The notes: generated by a model from the letters alone, not told the origin. A DNA stretch of 64,000 nt from an uncultured Thermodesulfobacteriota bacterium (GCA_964611635.1 CAZTAS010000002.1:12720-76719), one strand, 5' to 3'; shown: positions 18,527-29,000, counted from the stretch's first letter. Translations and numbers: made by a program.

Positions 18527-19489
18527 TTACTTCTTTTTAAACTTGCCCATCGCCTCTACGATTTCTTTGTAAGCGTCAAACTCTTCCAACACCAACTTCT
18601 CGTATTCCGGACCATCCATGTAGCCGTAAGGTTGCTGCACCTTTTTGATGAAGGCTTCCCACTCATCGGTTTCAGTTCCATTCTTAAAGGCATTCATCAG
18701 CATTGAGATGATCTCCTTGGGAGTCCCCTTTTTGGCCACTAAACCACGGAACTGGAACTCCTCCAGGTCCACTCCCGCCTCCTTGAGTGTGGGAACATCG
18801 GGGAACTTGGCCAGCCTTTTCCCGGAGGTGTTAACAATGGGTTTCAGCTTATCTGACTCGATGCCACCCAGTTGAGGGGTGGGATTCGAGAGGGTCCCAT
18901 CCACGTGGCCCCCCATGGCCGCCACCGCTGCATCGCCTGAGCCTGGATAGGGCACCCACTTCACCCTTATGCCCGCCTTCTTCTGGATTCTGTACATCAC
19001 GCTGTGGTGGTATCCTCCTGCCTGGTAGCCCGAGATGCGGAGCTTTTCCGGATTTTTCTTGGCGTAATCCAGAAAGCCCTTGAAATCCTTCACCGGACTT
19101 GCCGGCCCTACGCTAAGCAGGTTTGGGTCGTACTGGACGCGGCAGATGTATTCGAACTGTTCGGGATGAATGGTCACACCTTTGCGGTTCAGGGTGGTGA
19201 CAAAGGTCTTGGTGTTGAGAAGGATGGTATAGCCGTCGGCCGGCTTGGAGAGGAGGTACTTCATGGCCACCAGGCCAGCACCGCCTCTCTTGTTGAGTAC
19301 CACAATGGATTGGCCCAGGAACTTCTCGCTCACCTTGGCCAATGTCCGGGCGCAGATGTCGGAAGATGACCCGGCGGATGCCCAGGCAATTAAGGTTACG
19401 GATTTCGTCGGGTACTTGGCACTTGCCGGCACAGAGGCAGCCAAGATCAAAGACACCAATACTAGACATACAAAAGCCTTGGTTTTCAT
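18527..19489 (-). CDS. tctC: TctC/Bug-family substrate-binding protein (Sec signal)
   Basis: Signal peptide MKTKAFVCLVLVSLILAASVPASA. YPTKSVTLIAWASAGSSSD is the TctC core. Confidence 0.85.
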   Translation of the reverse strand: MKTKAFVCLVLVSLILAASVPASAKYPTKSVTLIAWASAGSSSDICARTLAKVSEKFLGQSIVVLNKRGGAGLVAMKYLLSKPADGYTILLNTKTFVTTLNRKGVTIHPEQFEYICRVQYDPNLLSVGPASPVKDFKGFLDYAKKNPEKLRISGYQAGGYHHSVMYRIQKKAGIRVKWVPYPGSGDAAVAAMGGHVDGTLSNPTPQLGGIESDKLKPIVNTSGKRLAKFPDVPTLKEAGVDLEEFQFRGLVAKKGTPKEIISMLMNAFKNGTETDEWEAFIKKVQQPYGYMDGPEYEKLVLEEFDAYKEIVEAMGKFKKK

Positions 19490-19562
19490 AAAAGATCTCC
19501 TTTTTCTGCTGGGTTTGTTTTGACCATCGGTTGTCTCTCAATTACGCTTTACATCACCTCCT

Positions 19563-20270
19563 TCACTCCGGCAGCTTCACGGTTGAACCTACCGGACAAT
19601 TCTTGATGCAAAGCCCACATCTGATGGATCTCACCTCGTCCCGTCCATACTTTGGCAAGTTCCACATGTAGATAGCGCACTTCTCCTTAATGATGGATCC
19701 GTCATGCGAGAGCGCTCCTGCCGGGCAGTTAGAGACGCAGGCAGCCTTGCAAATGTGCATCACCTCCTGACAGATATTGCGGGCATATGGGGTATCGGGC
19801 TCCAAGGGAGCGTCAGTGATAATAGTTGTCAGCCAAACCCTGGAGCCGTAATGGGGAGTTATAAGCAAATTGCTTATGCCAAAATGGCCCAGTCCAGCTA
19901 ACTCGGCAGAGTGCTTGTGAGAGATTAGCCCCGCCAATTCCATCAGGTTATATGGTTGATCAGGGGGAACAGCCAGGGCCATAAAACCTTCATTCTCCAA
20001 GAAAAGAGAAAATTCATAGGTGATGGAGTTGAGCTTCCCATTTAAAATGAAAAATTGCTTGGTGTAAAAAAGCCGGGTTTTAGGTAGCCCATCTATGGTC
20101 GTGGTAGGTATTCTGCATCCAATCACAAGAACAGACCTGGCCTCGGGCAAGTGATCCACGGGTCGATGATTATTGAGGGCGCTCGCATTAATAGGCTCAA
20201 CCGCGGCTATACCGACCAAGTCAGCTCCCCTGGACAGGGCTATTTGTTTTACTTTCTTTGTTAGTTCCAT
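19563..20270 (-). CDS. QueG/RdhA-superfamily-like 4Fe-4S protein, paralog 2
   Basis: SHKHSAELAGLGHFGISNLLITPHYGSRVWLTTIITDAPL. Cys clusters are CKAACVSNCP and CGLCIKNCP. Confidence 0.7.
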   Translation of the reverse strand: MELTKKVKQIALSRGADLVGIAAVEPINASALNNHRPVDHLPEARSVLVIGCRIPTTTIDGLPKTRLFYTKQFFILNGKLNSITYEFSLFLENEGFMALAVPPDQPYNLMELAGLISHKHSAELAGLGHFGISNLLITPHYGSRVWLTTIITDAPLEPDTPYARNICQEVMHICKAACVSNCPAGALSHDGSIIKEKCAIYMWNLPKYGRDEVRSIRCGLCIKNCPVGSTVKLPE

Positions 20271-20455
20271 CTATCGTCACCCCTCTCCATATATCGTGGT
20301 ATAGCTCAACCGACGAAGTCCAGGCTACTTGACAGGCCTGGAACTGAAAGGAATGAATCCCAAATGAAGAGGATTTTTACTATCTCCTCATTCAATCCTT
20401 ACTGCTCTCTTTCTCAACCTAAAAAGTAAACAGAGGGCAACTCTCAATACCCATA

Positions 20456-21466
20456 TCAAAGAAGAAGCCGACCGTCATCGATAACTTTCTCCCCATCAAA
20501 GTAAACTGTCACGCTGCCCATAACCCCGTCCAGATGGCAGGGAGTCTTCACCTCGCCCCCGATTCCTTCCACCAGCCGGCCCCCGAATGCGTAGTTATTG
20601 CCCAGGGCCACGTGGGCGGTGCCGCGGATTTTCTTGTCCTGGTTTTTATTGCCGGTTATTACACCGAAATGATTGGTACCGAAACCGAACTCTGCTAAAT
20701 TATCGGCATCTTTCCCCAATCGTTCCACCAGTCCCCGAAGGGCATTGGCCTGGTCGCCTCCTTCAAATCTTACCGCTTTCCCGCCCTCAAAATAGATGGT
20801 CACGGGCTGGTTGACCTTGCCCACGTAGCTCATACTGATGTCGATCACAACCTTGCCTTGCCCTGTGCCCTCCAGGGGTGCAATCATTACCTCTCCGGTG
20901 GGAAAGGAGGTATGATTGTATGTCTCCTCCGCAATACCGTAACTGGGAAGAGGCAGCCTCCCCTTGATGCTTCCTCGGATATCAGTTCCTCCAGGGGAGG
21001 TGATTCTCACTTCGCTTGCCTTAGTAAGTGCATCAGCGTATTTGCGGGTGATCCCCCGCATTTTTTGGAACTCCTTTTCATCCGAATAGACCTCAACGAT
21101 CCCGTGCATGAAGGTCTCAAGAGATGCCCCTGGGACGGAAAGATGCCTACCTCCAGACTTGATACAATCGATCATTGCATCGGAAAAGCTCAATGTCTCC
21201 GAGGAGGCGGTGATAGCTGCATCAGCCGCCTTCATCAGCGCACGGATGGTCTCAGGAGGCTGTTCGCCAGCCACCTTGGGAGGGCGCATCACTGCTGTTA
21301 CTACCTCCGCACCCTGGGCAAAGGCCGCACTTGCAAAGGCCATTGGTATTTCTTTCTGAACAGGAGTCGATGTAATGACAACTACCTGATCGCCCTTCTT
21401 GATGTTGTGTTCAGCGTGCCACTTAGCCGCCCGCATCAACTCCATAATCCGAATCTCTTGTGCCAT
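20456..21466 (-). CDS. M29 aminopeptidase-T / NicX-like metalloenzyme family protein
   Basis: EFGFGTNHFGVITGNKNQDKKIRGTAHVALGNN resembles the M29-family C-terminal metal-site block. I prefer the ATG at 21466, preceded by GGAGGGGAGAAC, over the track start at 21523. Confidence 0.65.
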   Translation of the reverse strand: MAQEIRIMELMRAAKWHAEHNIKKGDQVVVITSTPVQKEIPMAFASAAFAQGAEVVTAVMRPPKVAGEQPPETIRALMKAADAAITASSETLSFSDAMIDCIKSGGRHLSVPGASLETFMHGIVEVYSDEKEFQKMRGITRKYADALTKASEVRITSPGGTDIRGSIKGRLPLPSYGIAEETYNHTSFPTGEVMIAPLEGTGQGKVVIDISMSYVGKVNQPVTIYFEGGKAVRFEGGDQANALRGLVERLGKDADNLAEFGFGTNHFGVITGNKNQDKKIRGTAHVALGNNYAFGGRLVEGIGGEVKTPCHLDGVMGSVTVYFDGEKVIDDGRLLL

Positions 21467-21500
21467 GTTCTCCCCTCCATAATGAGATGGACATATAATT

Positions 21501-21574
21501 GTAGAGTGGGCTGTGCCCACCAAAAAAGCGTTGGGTTATACATGAATTATAATGGTGAGCACAGCCCACCCTAC
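21501..21574. repeat. REP-like composite palindromic element (family GTAGGGTGGGC-N-GCCCACC)
   Basis: Arms are GTAGAGTGGGCTGTGCCCACC (21501-21521) and GGTGAGCACAGCCCACCCTAC (21554-21574). They are imperfect inverted repeats, and each arm is itself a hairpin. This is the same family as 49333-49408. Confidence 0.75.
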
Positions 21575-21578
21575 GAGA

Positions 21579-22706
21579 CTAATCAATACTGATCTTGGTC
21601 GCATATTTTTGGAGTTTCTTATCATCAATCTCCACACCAAGGCCAGGCTTATCCGGGACTTCCACAGTTCCGTTCTTCATCTGCAGCGGTTCCACTAAGA
21701 TATCATCTATGAAGCGCTCTGCGGGGACGCCGTAGCCAATAGGCTCAATCACTTCCGGTGTTGCTGCGGCAAACTGTAAAATGGCGGCAGTGCCCACTCC
21801 GGCTGGATGTTGGGAGCCCATGTTGCAGCATATGCCGGCGAGATCGGTAAGGATAGCGATTTTCCGGGATTCGAGAAAACCCCCAGATTTGGCTAACTTG
21901 ATGGTGATGGCATCCGCCGCTCGCTTCTCGATCACCCGCATCGTATCAATAGGAGTCAACACACTCTCATCGGCGGTAACAGGTGTGTCCAGGGCGCGAG
22001 CCACCTCAGCCATTCCATCCAAATCCCACCAAGGACACGGCTGCTCGATATTCAAAATGCCAAAAGCTTCCATCTTCCGCAGTGTAGGTATGGCGACTGG
22101 CACCCGATAGCCCTGATTCGGGTCCACTTCCACTGGAAAGTCATCCCCCACTACTTTTCTAACTGCGGCCACGCGCTTCACGTCCAGATCGGGGTCGAAA
22201 CCGACCTTTACGGTGATCTGCTTGTAACCTTGTTCCTTGAGCCTCAAAGCATTTTGGGCGGTCTCTTCTGGAGAGGTGATGGGCAGGCTTCTGCTGACTC
22301 CGATGGTTCGGCGGAAGAGTCCACCCAGCAGGTTGTAAATGGGCTGCCCGGCCACTTTTCCCATGATATCATGAAGGGCAATGTCGATGGCCGCCTTGGA
22401 GTACAAGAAACCGTAGCGGCTCCAAACAATCTGATCCAACTTGCGCATGACACCCTGAATATTAAATGGATCCTCGCCGATCATCAGTGGAGCGAAATAC
22501 TTCTTCAGGGCAAAGGTGATAGTCTCAATGTTTTCTCCGGTTCGATCAGGGATGACCACTGAGGCTTCGCCAAACCCAACGATGCCCTCATCAGTAAAAA
22601 CTTTGATAATGACTCTCTGCCCCATCTCGGCACTTCCCACCGCCATCTCATACTTGCGCATATAGGGAATCAAAATTGGATAAACTTCCACTTTCGTGAT
22701 TTTCAT
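21579..22706 (-). CDS. Enolase-superfamily enzyme (mandelate racemase/muconate lactonizing enzyme family, MLE-like)
   Basis: The N-terminal capping domain is MKITKVEVYPILIP...GFGEA. Metal-ligand contexts are VEVDPNQ, NIEQPCP and TADES. The Lys context is ITIKLAKSGG. Confidence 0.85.
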   Translation of the reverse strand: MKITKVEVYPILIPYMRKYEMAVGSAEMGQRVIIKVFTDEGIVGFGEASVVIPDRTGENIETITFALKKYFAPLMIGEDPFNIQGVMRKLDQIVWSRYGFLYSKAAIDIALHDIMGKVAGQPIYNLLGGLFRRTIGVSRSLPITSPEETAQNALRLKEQGYKQITVKVGFDPDLDVKRVAAVRKVVGDDFPVEVDPNQGYRVPVAIPTLRKMEAFGILNIEQPCPWWDLDGMAEVARALDTPVTADESVLTPIDTMRVIEKRAADAITIKLAKSGGFLESRKIAILTDLAGICCNMGSQHPAGVGTAAILQFAAATPEVIEPIGYGVPAERFIDDILVEPLQMKNGTVEVPDKPGLGVEIDDKKLQKYATKISID

Positions 22707-22762
22707 TACTGCCTCCCTTTGAATGGACGAGCTTTCTTTAGCTTCATCAGATCTAGTACAAA

Positions 22763-23092
22763 CTATTGGATATCATTTTTTACATAACTTTGCATCTGTT
22801 CTGTCATTGGGAAGCGAGAGCGAAGACATCCCGCGTCTGCGTATCTGATATCTATTTTGACAGCCGTCCCCATAAGCCTTTCCAGGGGAAATTTATCCAC
22901 GGTTAGACCATCAGAAAAAAAGTGATAGGGCACATCCACATGTGTACCCGTATGGATACTGAAAATCATTCGGGTATTGGATCTTCCATGTTCGTCATGG
23001 ATGTGCATCGGCGCCAGAATTACAGGAGGATGGCCTGGACCAACAGTAGCTTCTTCGCCAAGAGTTAGGGTCAAATCAATAATTTTAGCCAT
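22763..23092 (-). CDS. Cyclase-family (kynurenine-formamidase-like) protein, apparently truncated to the N-terminal half
   Basis: HTGTHVDVPYHF matches the HxGTHxDxPxH motif. The ORF is only 109 aa and stops 56 nt before the next gene, whereas family members are normally about 200 aa or more. Confidence 0.55.
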   Translation of the reverse strand: MAKIIDLTLTLGEEATVGPGHPPVILAPMHIHDEHGRSNTRMIFSIHTGTHVDVPYHFFSDGLTVDKFPLERLMGTAVKIDIRYADAGCLRSRFPMTEQMQSYVKNDIQ

Positions 23093-23339
23093 AAATTTCT
23101 CCTTTGTCTTTAAATTTCCTCTGGGACTGACAGTGTCATAATAACTGCGATATTAATTTTTTTAGTTCAATTACTATGGATAATTGTAAAATTTAAATGG
23201 GGATAGGATTACAAATTTGGACATAGCATTCTCTCATGAAAAATGTTTTCAACCTCTTGTCGATTCAGTCGTATTTGAGTTTCTATCCTATTTTTCAGGA
23301 TGGTAGGCAAGTCTCATTTTAAAGTCAAGAGAAAATCCC

Positions 23340-23672
23340 CCTTCGAGCCCCCTGGAGGCTTTGGAGAGAGCGCTGTGAAGAGGATGGCCAGATATATTTG
23401 ACTCAGACCAGGGCGTCCAGTTTACCAGCCAGGCCTTCACAGGACGCTTGGAGTCCGAAGGGATACGAATCAGCATGGATGGCCGGGATCGGGGCTTTGG
23501 CAACATCTTTATCGAACGCTTGTGGAGAATTGTCAAGCATGAGGAAGTCTGCCGGAAGTACTATGATGCTGTTAAAAAGGCTGTTAGTGGATTACGGGAT
23601 TATTTCAGATTTTACAATGAGTAGCGATTTCACCAGTCCTTCAAACACAGAACACAACACCAGGTATATAAT
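23340..23672 (+). pseudogene. Remnant of an rve (DDE) IS transposase
   Basis: My reading gives ALERAL*RGWPDIFDSDQGVQFTSQAFTGRLESEGIRISMDGRDRGFGNIFIERLWRIVKHEEVCRKYYDAVKKAVSGLRDYFRFYNE*RFHQSFKHRTQHQVY. The SDQG.QFTS, DN.fIERlWR and FYN..RpHq blocks are recognisable. There are two in-frame stops (23376-23378 and 23622-23624) and the N-terminus is missing. Confidence 0.7.
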
Positions 23673-23863
23673 GATGGGGCATATATGCTGGAGACAGAAA
23701 GGGAATTAACGCCTTAACGGTAATCCAGTGACGGCCGGTTTCCATCTTAAAAAGATCCATTTTTTATCTTGACAATGGGGTACACCTCAAAATTCAGTTT
23801 TCAAGCTTCAACAATCACTAAAAATTTGCTATGCAGGTTCAACCGGAAAGTCTTACCTTATCT

Positions 23864-25999
23864 TTATCGAACATGAAAGGTTACCTCATCAAGAATATTT
23901 TCATCACGGTCAAGGAGTGCCAAGGTGTGAAATCCCCTCACCGGAAACCACGGGAGAACACTCCCGTATCCCACCGGCACAGCGTCTAACATCCAGACTA
24001 ACTCCGTTTTTTCAATTGTCGATTCAAAGAGTAACTTCTGATGCCCTGAAGGGATGTCAGGATCCAGGGCTATTATTGCATCGGGCGGTGGATAGAGTAT
24101 CTTTGCACTCTCCACAGACGTGCTTCTCTTAATGACGTTAGACTCCACGCCTTTGATAAAAAACTCCTTTTTCTTTGCGCCCGAGCCGGAGAAAAGCACA
24201 AGTTTTGAAACCACGCCGGCCGGTGGTTTCGGGGGCTTGCTCACGCTCTCCCTGTGAAGGTAGTTCATTACCTCGAACCAGATAGGTGCAGCCCCTGTCA
24301 TTCCGCTTACATTCCACATGGGCTCGCCCGAGAAATTCCCAATCCAGACCCCTACGGTATACCTCTTCGAGTACCCCACACACCAGTTGTCCCTCATGTC
24401 CTTGCTCGTGCCGGTCTTTACTGCAGTCCAGAACCTCGTGGAGAGAGGATTTTCGAGGCTGAACGTTGCACTCCGCGCCTCTCTGTCGGAAAGGATACTT
24501 GAGACAATGAAGGCTACCTCCTCGGAAAAGACACGTCGTTTCGAATCTATCCCGTTAAACGTGATTGTGACTTTACTCCACAATCCCCCGTTTGCCAGTG
24601 TCCTGTATGCATTGACGAGTTCCCAGAGGCTCACATCCGCGGTGCCGAGCGCGAGGGAAAGTCCATAGAAATCACCATCACGTAGTTCATTGAAGCCAAG
24701 CTTTCCTAATTTCCGAATGAACGAGTCCAACCCGATGAGCGAAAGTGTCCTCACCGCCGGAATATTAATCGAGGAGGCAAGGGCCACCCGCGCGGTGACC
24801 AGGCCTCTGAAATCGTTGTCATAGTTTTCGGGACTGTAGATACCTTGCGGGGTGGGCACGTCAAAGGGTTCGTCCTCAAGGAGCGATGCCGGAGTGAGCA
24901 AATGTCTTTCGAAGGCAAGACCATATAAGAAAGGCTTCAGCGTGGAGCCCGCCTGTCTTTTTGCCTGAATTCCGTCAACATACGGTGCAAAATTTCCGGT
25001 GTTTGCAACATAGGCTAGCACCTCACCGGTTGCATTGTCCACAACGAGCACCGCGCCGTCATGGACATTCTGCCCTCTGAGATCTCCTATATAATAACGT
25101 AATACCTCGGAGGCGGACCTCTGGAGTCCAGCATCGAGCGTTGAGACCACTTTCGCACCGCCGTCTTTGAGAAGAGCTCTGGCAACGTGCGGTGCCAGAG
25201 AGGCCCGCTGCCTGATGACATAGGGTTTGCCAAGTCGCTCCCTGGCGAGGTGCTCTATGTCTTTACACGCAAAGGCTAAGCCTTCCGAGGAGGAGAGCTT
25301 GCACGCTCTTCTGATTACGTTATCCACCGGCGCATTCGGTGAGCGGATAAGGGATGCAAGCACCAGCGACTCCACGTCATTGAGGCCCCCCGCTTCTTTG
25401 CCGAAAAGGCCTCTGGACGCGGCTGAAATACCTACAAGCTCCCCCCTGAAACTCAACAGATTGAGGTACGCCTCGAGAATCTCATCCTTCGACCATCTCT
25501 TTTCGATTGCCTGAGCAGTTCGTATCTGCTTCCATTTCTGTAAGACGGTTCTTCTTGCACCTATCGGTCTCAGATCTCCATCAAGCAAAGAGGCAAGCTG
25601 CATGGTTATGGTGCTCGCCCCCCTTGTGCGGCGGGGAAATAAGTTACTTATAAGGGCTGCGCTGAGGGCCTTCCAGTCAACCCCGTGGTGCCGGTAAAAT
25701 CTCCTGTCCTCTGAGCGGATCACAGCCCTGATGAGTGCGGGGGAAATGTCTCCAATGGGTTCCCAATCGAGCCTTCTGCCGTGGAAGTCAACCCTGAGTT
25801 CGTGGATTACCTCACCGTGCCTATCGAGCAACACCGCATCGGATTTTCTGTACGCCTCCCGCACCTCTCTGAAATCGGGGACAGAACTTACCGAAATTGT
25901 TGTGATGTAGTAAAGAGAGCCCAGAACTGCGAGCACTAAAAATAAAATAGCCAACTTTAGTGCTTTCATCAAAAGCGCATTTCCTCGAAGCTCTTTCAT
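23864..25999 (-). CDS. pbpC: Penicillin-binding protein 1C (bifunctional transglycosylase/transpeptidase)
   Basis: 711 aa with an N-terminal TM segment. GT51 motifs are RSEDRRFYRHHGVDW and GASTITMQL. The transpeptidase SxxK context is GSTLKP. It lies directly downstream of an alpha-2-macroglobulin gene, which is the classical pairing. Confidence 0.85.
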   Translation of the reverse strand: MKELRGNALLMKALKLAILFLVLAVLGSLYYITTISVSSVPDFREVREAYRKSDAVLLDRHGEVIHELRVDFHGRRLDWEPIGDISPALIRAVIRSEDRRFYRHHGVDWKALSAALISNLFPRRTRGASTITMQLASLLDGDLRPIGARRTVLQKWKQIRTAQAIEKRWSKDEILEAYLNLLSFRGELVGISAASRGLFGKEAGGLNDVESLVLASLIRSPNAPVDNVIRRACKLSSSEGLAFACKDIEHLARERLGKPYVIRQRASLAPHVARALLKDGGAKVVSTLDAGLQRSASEVLRYYIGDLRGQNVHDGAVLVVDNATGEVLAYVANTGNFAPYVDGIQAKRQAGSTLKPFLYGLAFERHLLTPASLLEDEPFDVPTPQGIYSPENYDNDFRGLVTARVALASSINIPAVRTLSLIGLDSFIRKLGKLGFNELRDGDFYGLSLALGTADVSLWELVNAYRTLANGGLWSKVTITFNGIDSKRRVFSEEVAFIVSSILSDREARSATFSLENPLSTRFWTAVKTGTSKDMRDNWCVGYSKRYTVGVWIGNFSGEPMWNVSGMTGAAPIWFEVMNYLHRESVSKPPKPPAGVVSKLVLFSGSGAKKKEFFIKGVESNVIKRSTSVESAKILYPPPDAIIALDPDIPSGHQKLLFESTIEKTELVWMLDAVPVGYGSVLPWFPVRGFHTLALLDRDENILDEVTFHVR

Positions 26000-26021
26000 C
26001 TTCCTGAACCGTGTCCTTTAG

Positions 26022-29000
26022 TTATGGGAATATACGAAACTCCTCGTTGGGTACTTCTCCGAACATTTCAGGCGAATAGAGGGCTTCGACCCTGGTTTCA
26101 GGCAACTTAAAGATCCCTTCGGTATTGAGCCTCATGGTATACTCAACGGTCCATTCCCCCTTCGGCACATACTCATAGTATGCCCTGAATGCCTCGAAGG
26201 AGCGCTCCTTGAATGCTGGCCACACGCCCCACCATCTCCACCCGGGGCTCTTTTCCCCCCGTGTGAGAAGCCGTGAGTCTCTTCCGAGCCCTGTCCCGAT
26301 GATAGTCGCGCCCGCGGGGATCGGATCGCTCACCACGACCCATGTCCTATCTGCCTGAGCTTCTATCTCTATCCTCACTCTCACCACATCTCCCCTCGAC
26401 CACCGTCCGGCCTCTTGCCGCTCGACGGGCAGATACGCCTTGGTGAAGGTGTATCCACTTGAAAAAGACTCTGTAAGAGGTATTGCAGCCAGGCTCTGGA
26501 CAACGACCCAGGGTCTACCGCCTCCGTCGTGGGAGACATTTAGCTTTTCTTCTTCCTCCGGCCATGGGAACATAATGCTTTGCCCTTCCGGGAACTCAAC
26601 CCAGTCAAGGCCCTTTTTCTTTTCCTTTAAGACGGCAGTGCTTATTCCTTCCACGGGTTCGGCCTCGAACTTCTCGGAAAACTTCTCAAGGGCCAGCACG
26701 CCCCAGGCATTTGCCACTGTCGTGCTCCACCTGCCTCTTCTCTGTCTTCCCATGGCGCCTTTGAGAAGCCTCGGCATGTCCTCCCTCCAAGAATCGAATT
26801 CGAGTACACTCAGCAGCATGCGAACCGCGTTCACATCCACCGAGCACATAAGCCACCAGAGTTCATCGGTCTTTTCGGTGGAAAACCCCAGCGTTGTCCC
26901 CTGGAAGTTTAGCCTTGATTTCAGAATCTGTTCGGCCTCCTCGAGCTTCTTCTTTCGTTCCGGGATGCCCTTGATTCTGATAAGGACATTCAGCCAGTCG
27001 ATAACGGCTGAGGTCGGCCACAGGTTGGGTTCTATGGCGATTGAATGGAGGTGTCTCCAGTGCGCTTTTCCATACCGTGAAAGAGCCTCAACCGCCGCCA
27101 TCTTTCTTATAGAGAGGTCTGCCGAGGGGAGAGATGAATACCGTTGTACCCTTCCCTCAACAAACCCGATGAGGCCCTTCAGCATGCGGCTTCTTGAACC
27201 GGCGGGTATTTCCCATCCCGCCTCATGTGCTATGGAAAGCAAGTAGGTGGTGAGGACATCACTGCCTTTTACGTTCGTCGGGAAATACTTAACAAGCCCC
27301 TCCGAATCAAGGAATGAGGGAAGATCTTCCATGATCCGCTTCCACCGTTTTTTATCTCTGAGGGCAACGGCAACGGAGACCTTCTGCTCAATGCAGGTAT
27401 AGGGATAGTCTTTCATATAGTCAATAATACCGCTTTTTTCATCCGAGAGCTTAGGGCGGAAGTAGACCCGCACCCCTCCCCTCTCCTTTTCTGCGTCTTC
27501 AGGCTGCCTGATCGCGACATCGATACTTTTTTCAAGCTGCATGAGCGTTGCCTGAAAAACCCTCACAGGGGTGGCTGGGATAACCCTCTGCTTCACTTTC
27601 AACGCGTCAAGAGCTCCGGTCTTTTCATCTTCCGCAGTGACTTCCCATATAAGATTAGTACCGTTTTTGGGCGCTTCATACAGCCAGCCTATCTCCTTTG
27701 ACTCCCCGGGCTTGAGCGACACTCTCATTGCATTAAGGGGTTCTCCGTTCACCGCTGCTTTTATGTCCACATCCATCGACTCAGCCGATGCGTTTCGCAG
27801 AGTGAAGCCCGCCCTGAACTTATCACCCTGTCTCACAAGCTCGGGAAGTCCCGAAAGGAGCATTATGTCCTGCGTTGTCCTTATGCTCGTTTGGCCGGTG
27901 CCGAAAAGCCCCGCTCCTGAAGTAGCGACCGCCACAATCCTGAAGCTTGTCAGGGAATCCAAAAGGGGAATCTCCACCGTGGCCTCGCCGTTTCTGTCAA
28001 GAGAGTGGCGTCCCTTCCAGAAAAGAAGTGTATCGAACATCTCCCGTGTTCTCTGCCTGCCTCCTCCGCCACCCTGAGGGAGTGCCTTAAGGCCATAATG
28101 TCGCTTTCCTACCACCTGCGTCTGAGCGGTGGAAGTTCTGACTTCATATCCCCTCCTTCTCATCATATCCTCAAGGAGGTCCCAGCTCCGGTTGGGCATG
28201 AGTTCAAGAAGCCCTTCATCCACGGCCGCCACAGCCACCTCTGCTCCTTGAGCAAGCGGCATCCCGTCTGCCCTTTTCACCATTATCTTTACGCGGGCCT
28301 TTTCGCGAATCTTATATACCTGCCTTTCGGCTTTTACATCCACCTTTAGTTCATGCGCCTGCCATCCGACCTTTATCTCAGCAATACCTAGCTTATATGC
28401 GGGTTTGCCGAGGTCGATTAAGGCTGTGGGTTTTACGCCTCCTACCCTTCCCCTCACGCATAGCACCGATACGAAGACATTGGGAGCATAGTGATCTTTG
28501 ACCGGAAGCTCAATGACCGGCTGCTTTCCGGAAAGCGTTCTCAGATGCGTCTCCATTACTCCTTCCCGTTCTATCGTCACCAGCGCGGTGGCCTCCCTGA
28601 AGGGCATCCTGACCTGGAACTTCGCTGTTTCTCCAGGTTCATAGCGTTTCTTTTCGGAAAGGACGTCAATCCTGTCGCTGTCAGACACATCAAACCACCA
28701 GTCTTCTTTCCCTGCAATCCATACACTCCGATTAGTTACAGCGATCCTCCCTTCGCTGTCATTTGCCATCGCCTGGAGTATGATGTTTCCTGAAACAGGA
28801 GACTCTACTTCACAGATGAGGATTCCCTTCGCGTCGGTAATTCCTTCGTAGAGGGAGCCGATACGCTTTGTTTCCGAGACATGCTCGTAGGCATAAAACC
28901 CTCCTACAATCCTTTTTCGGTGAGAGAAAGTGGTTTGCTTAAAGATATCCACTTTCACCTCTACACCGGGCACTGGCTTCCCCAGAACATCAAGAGCCAC

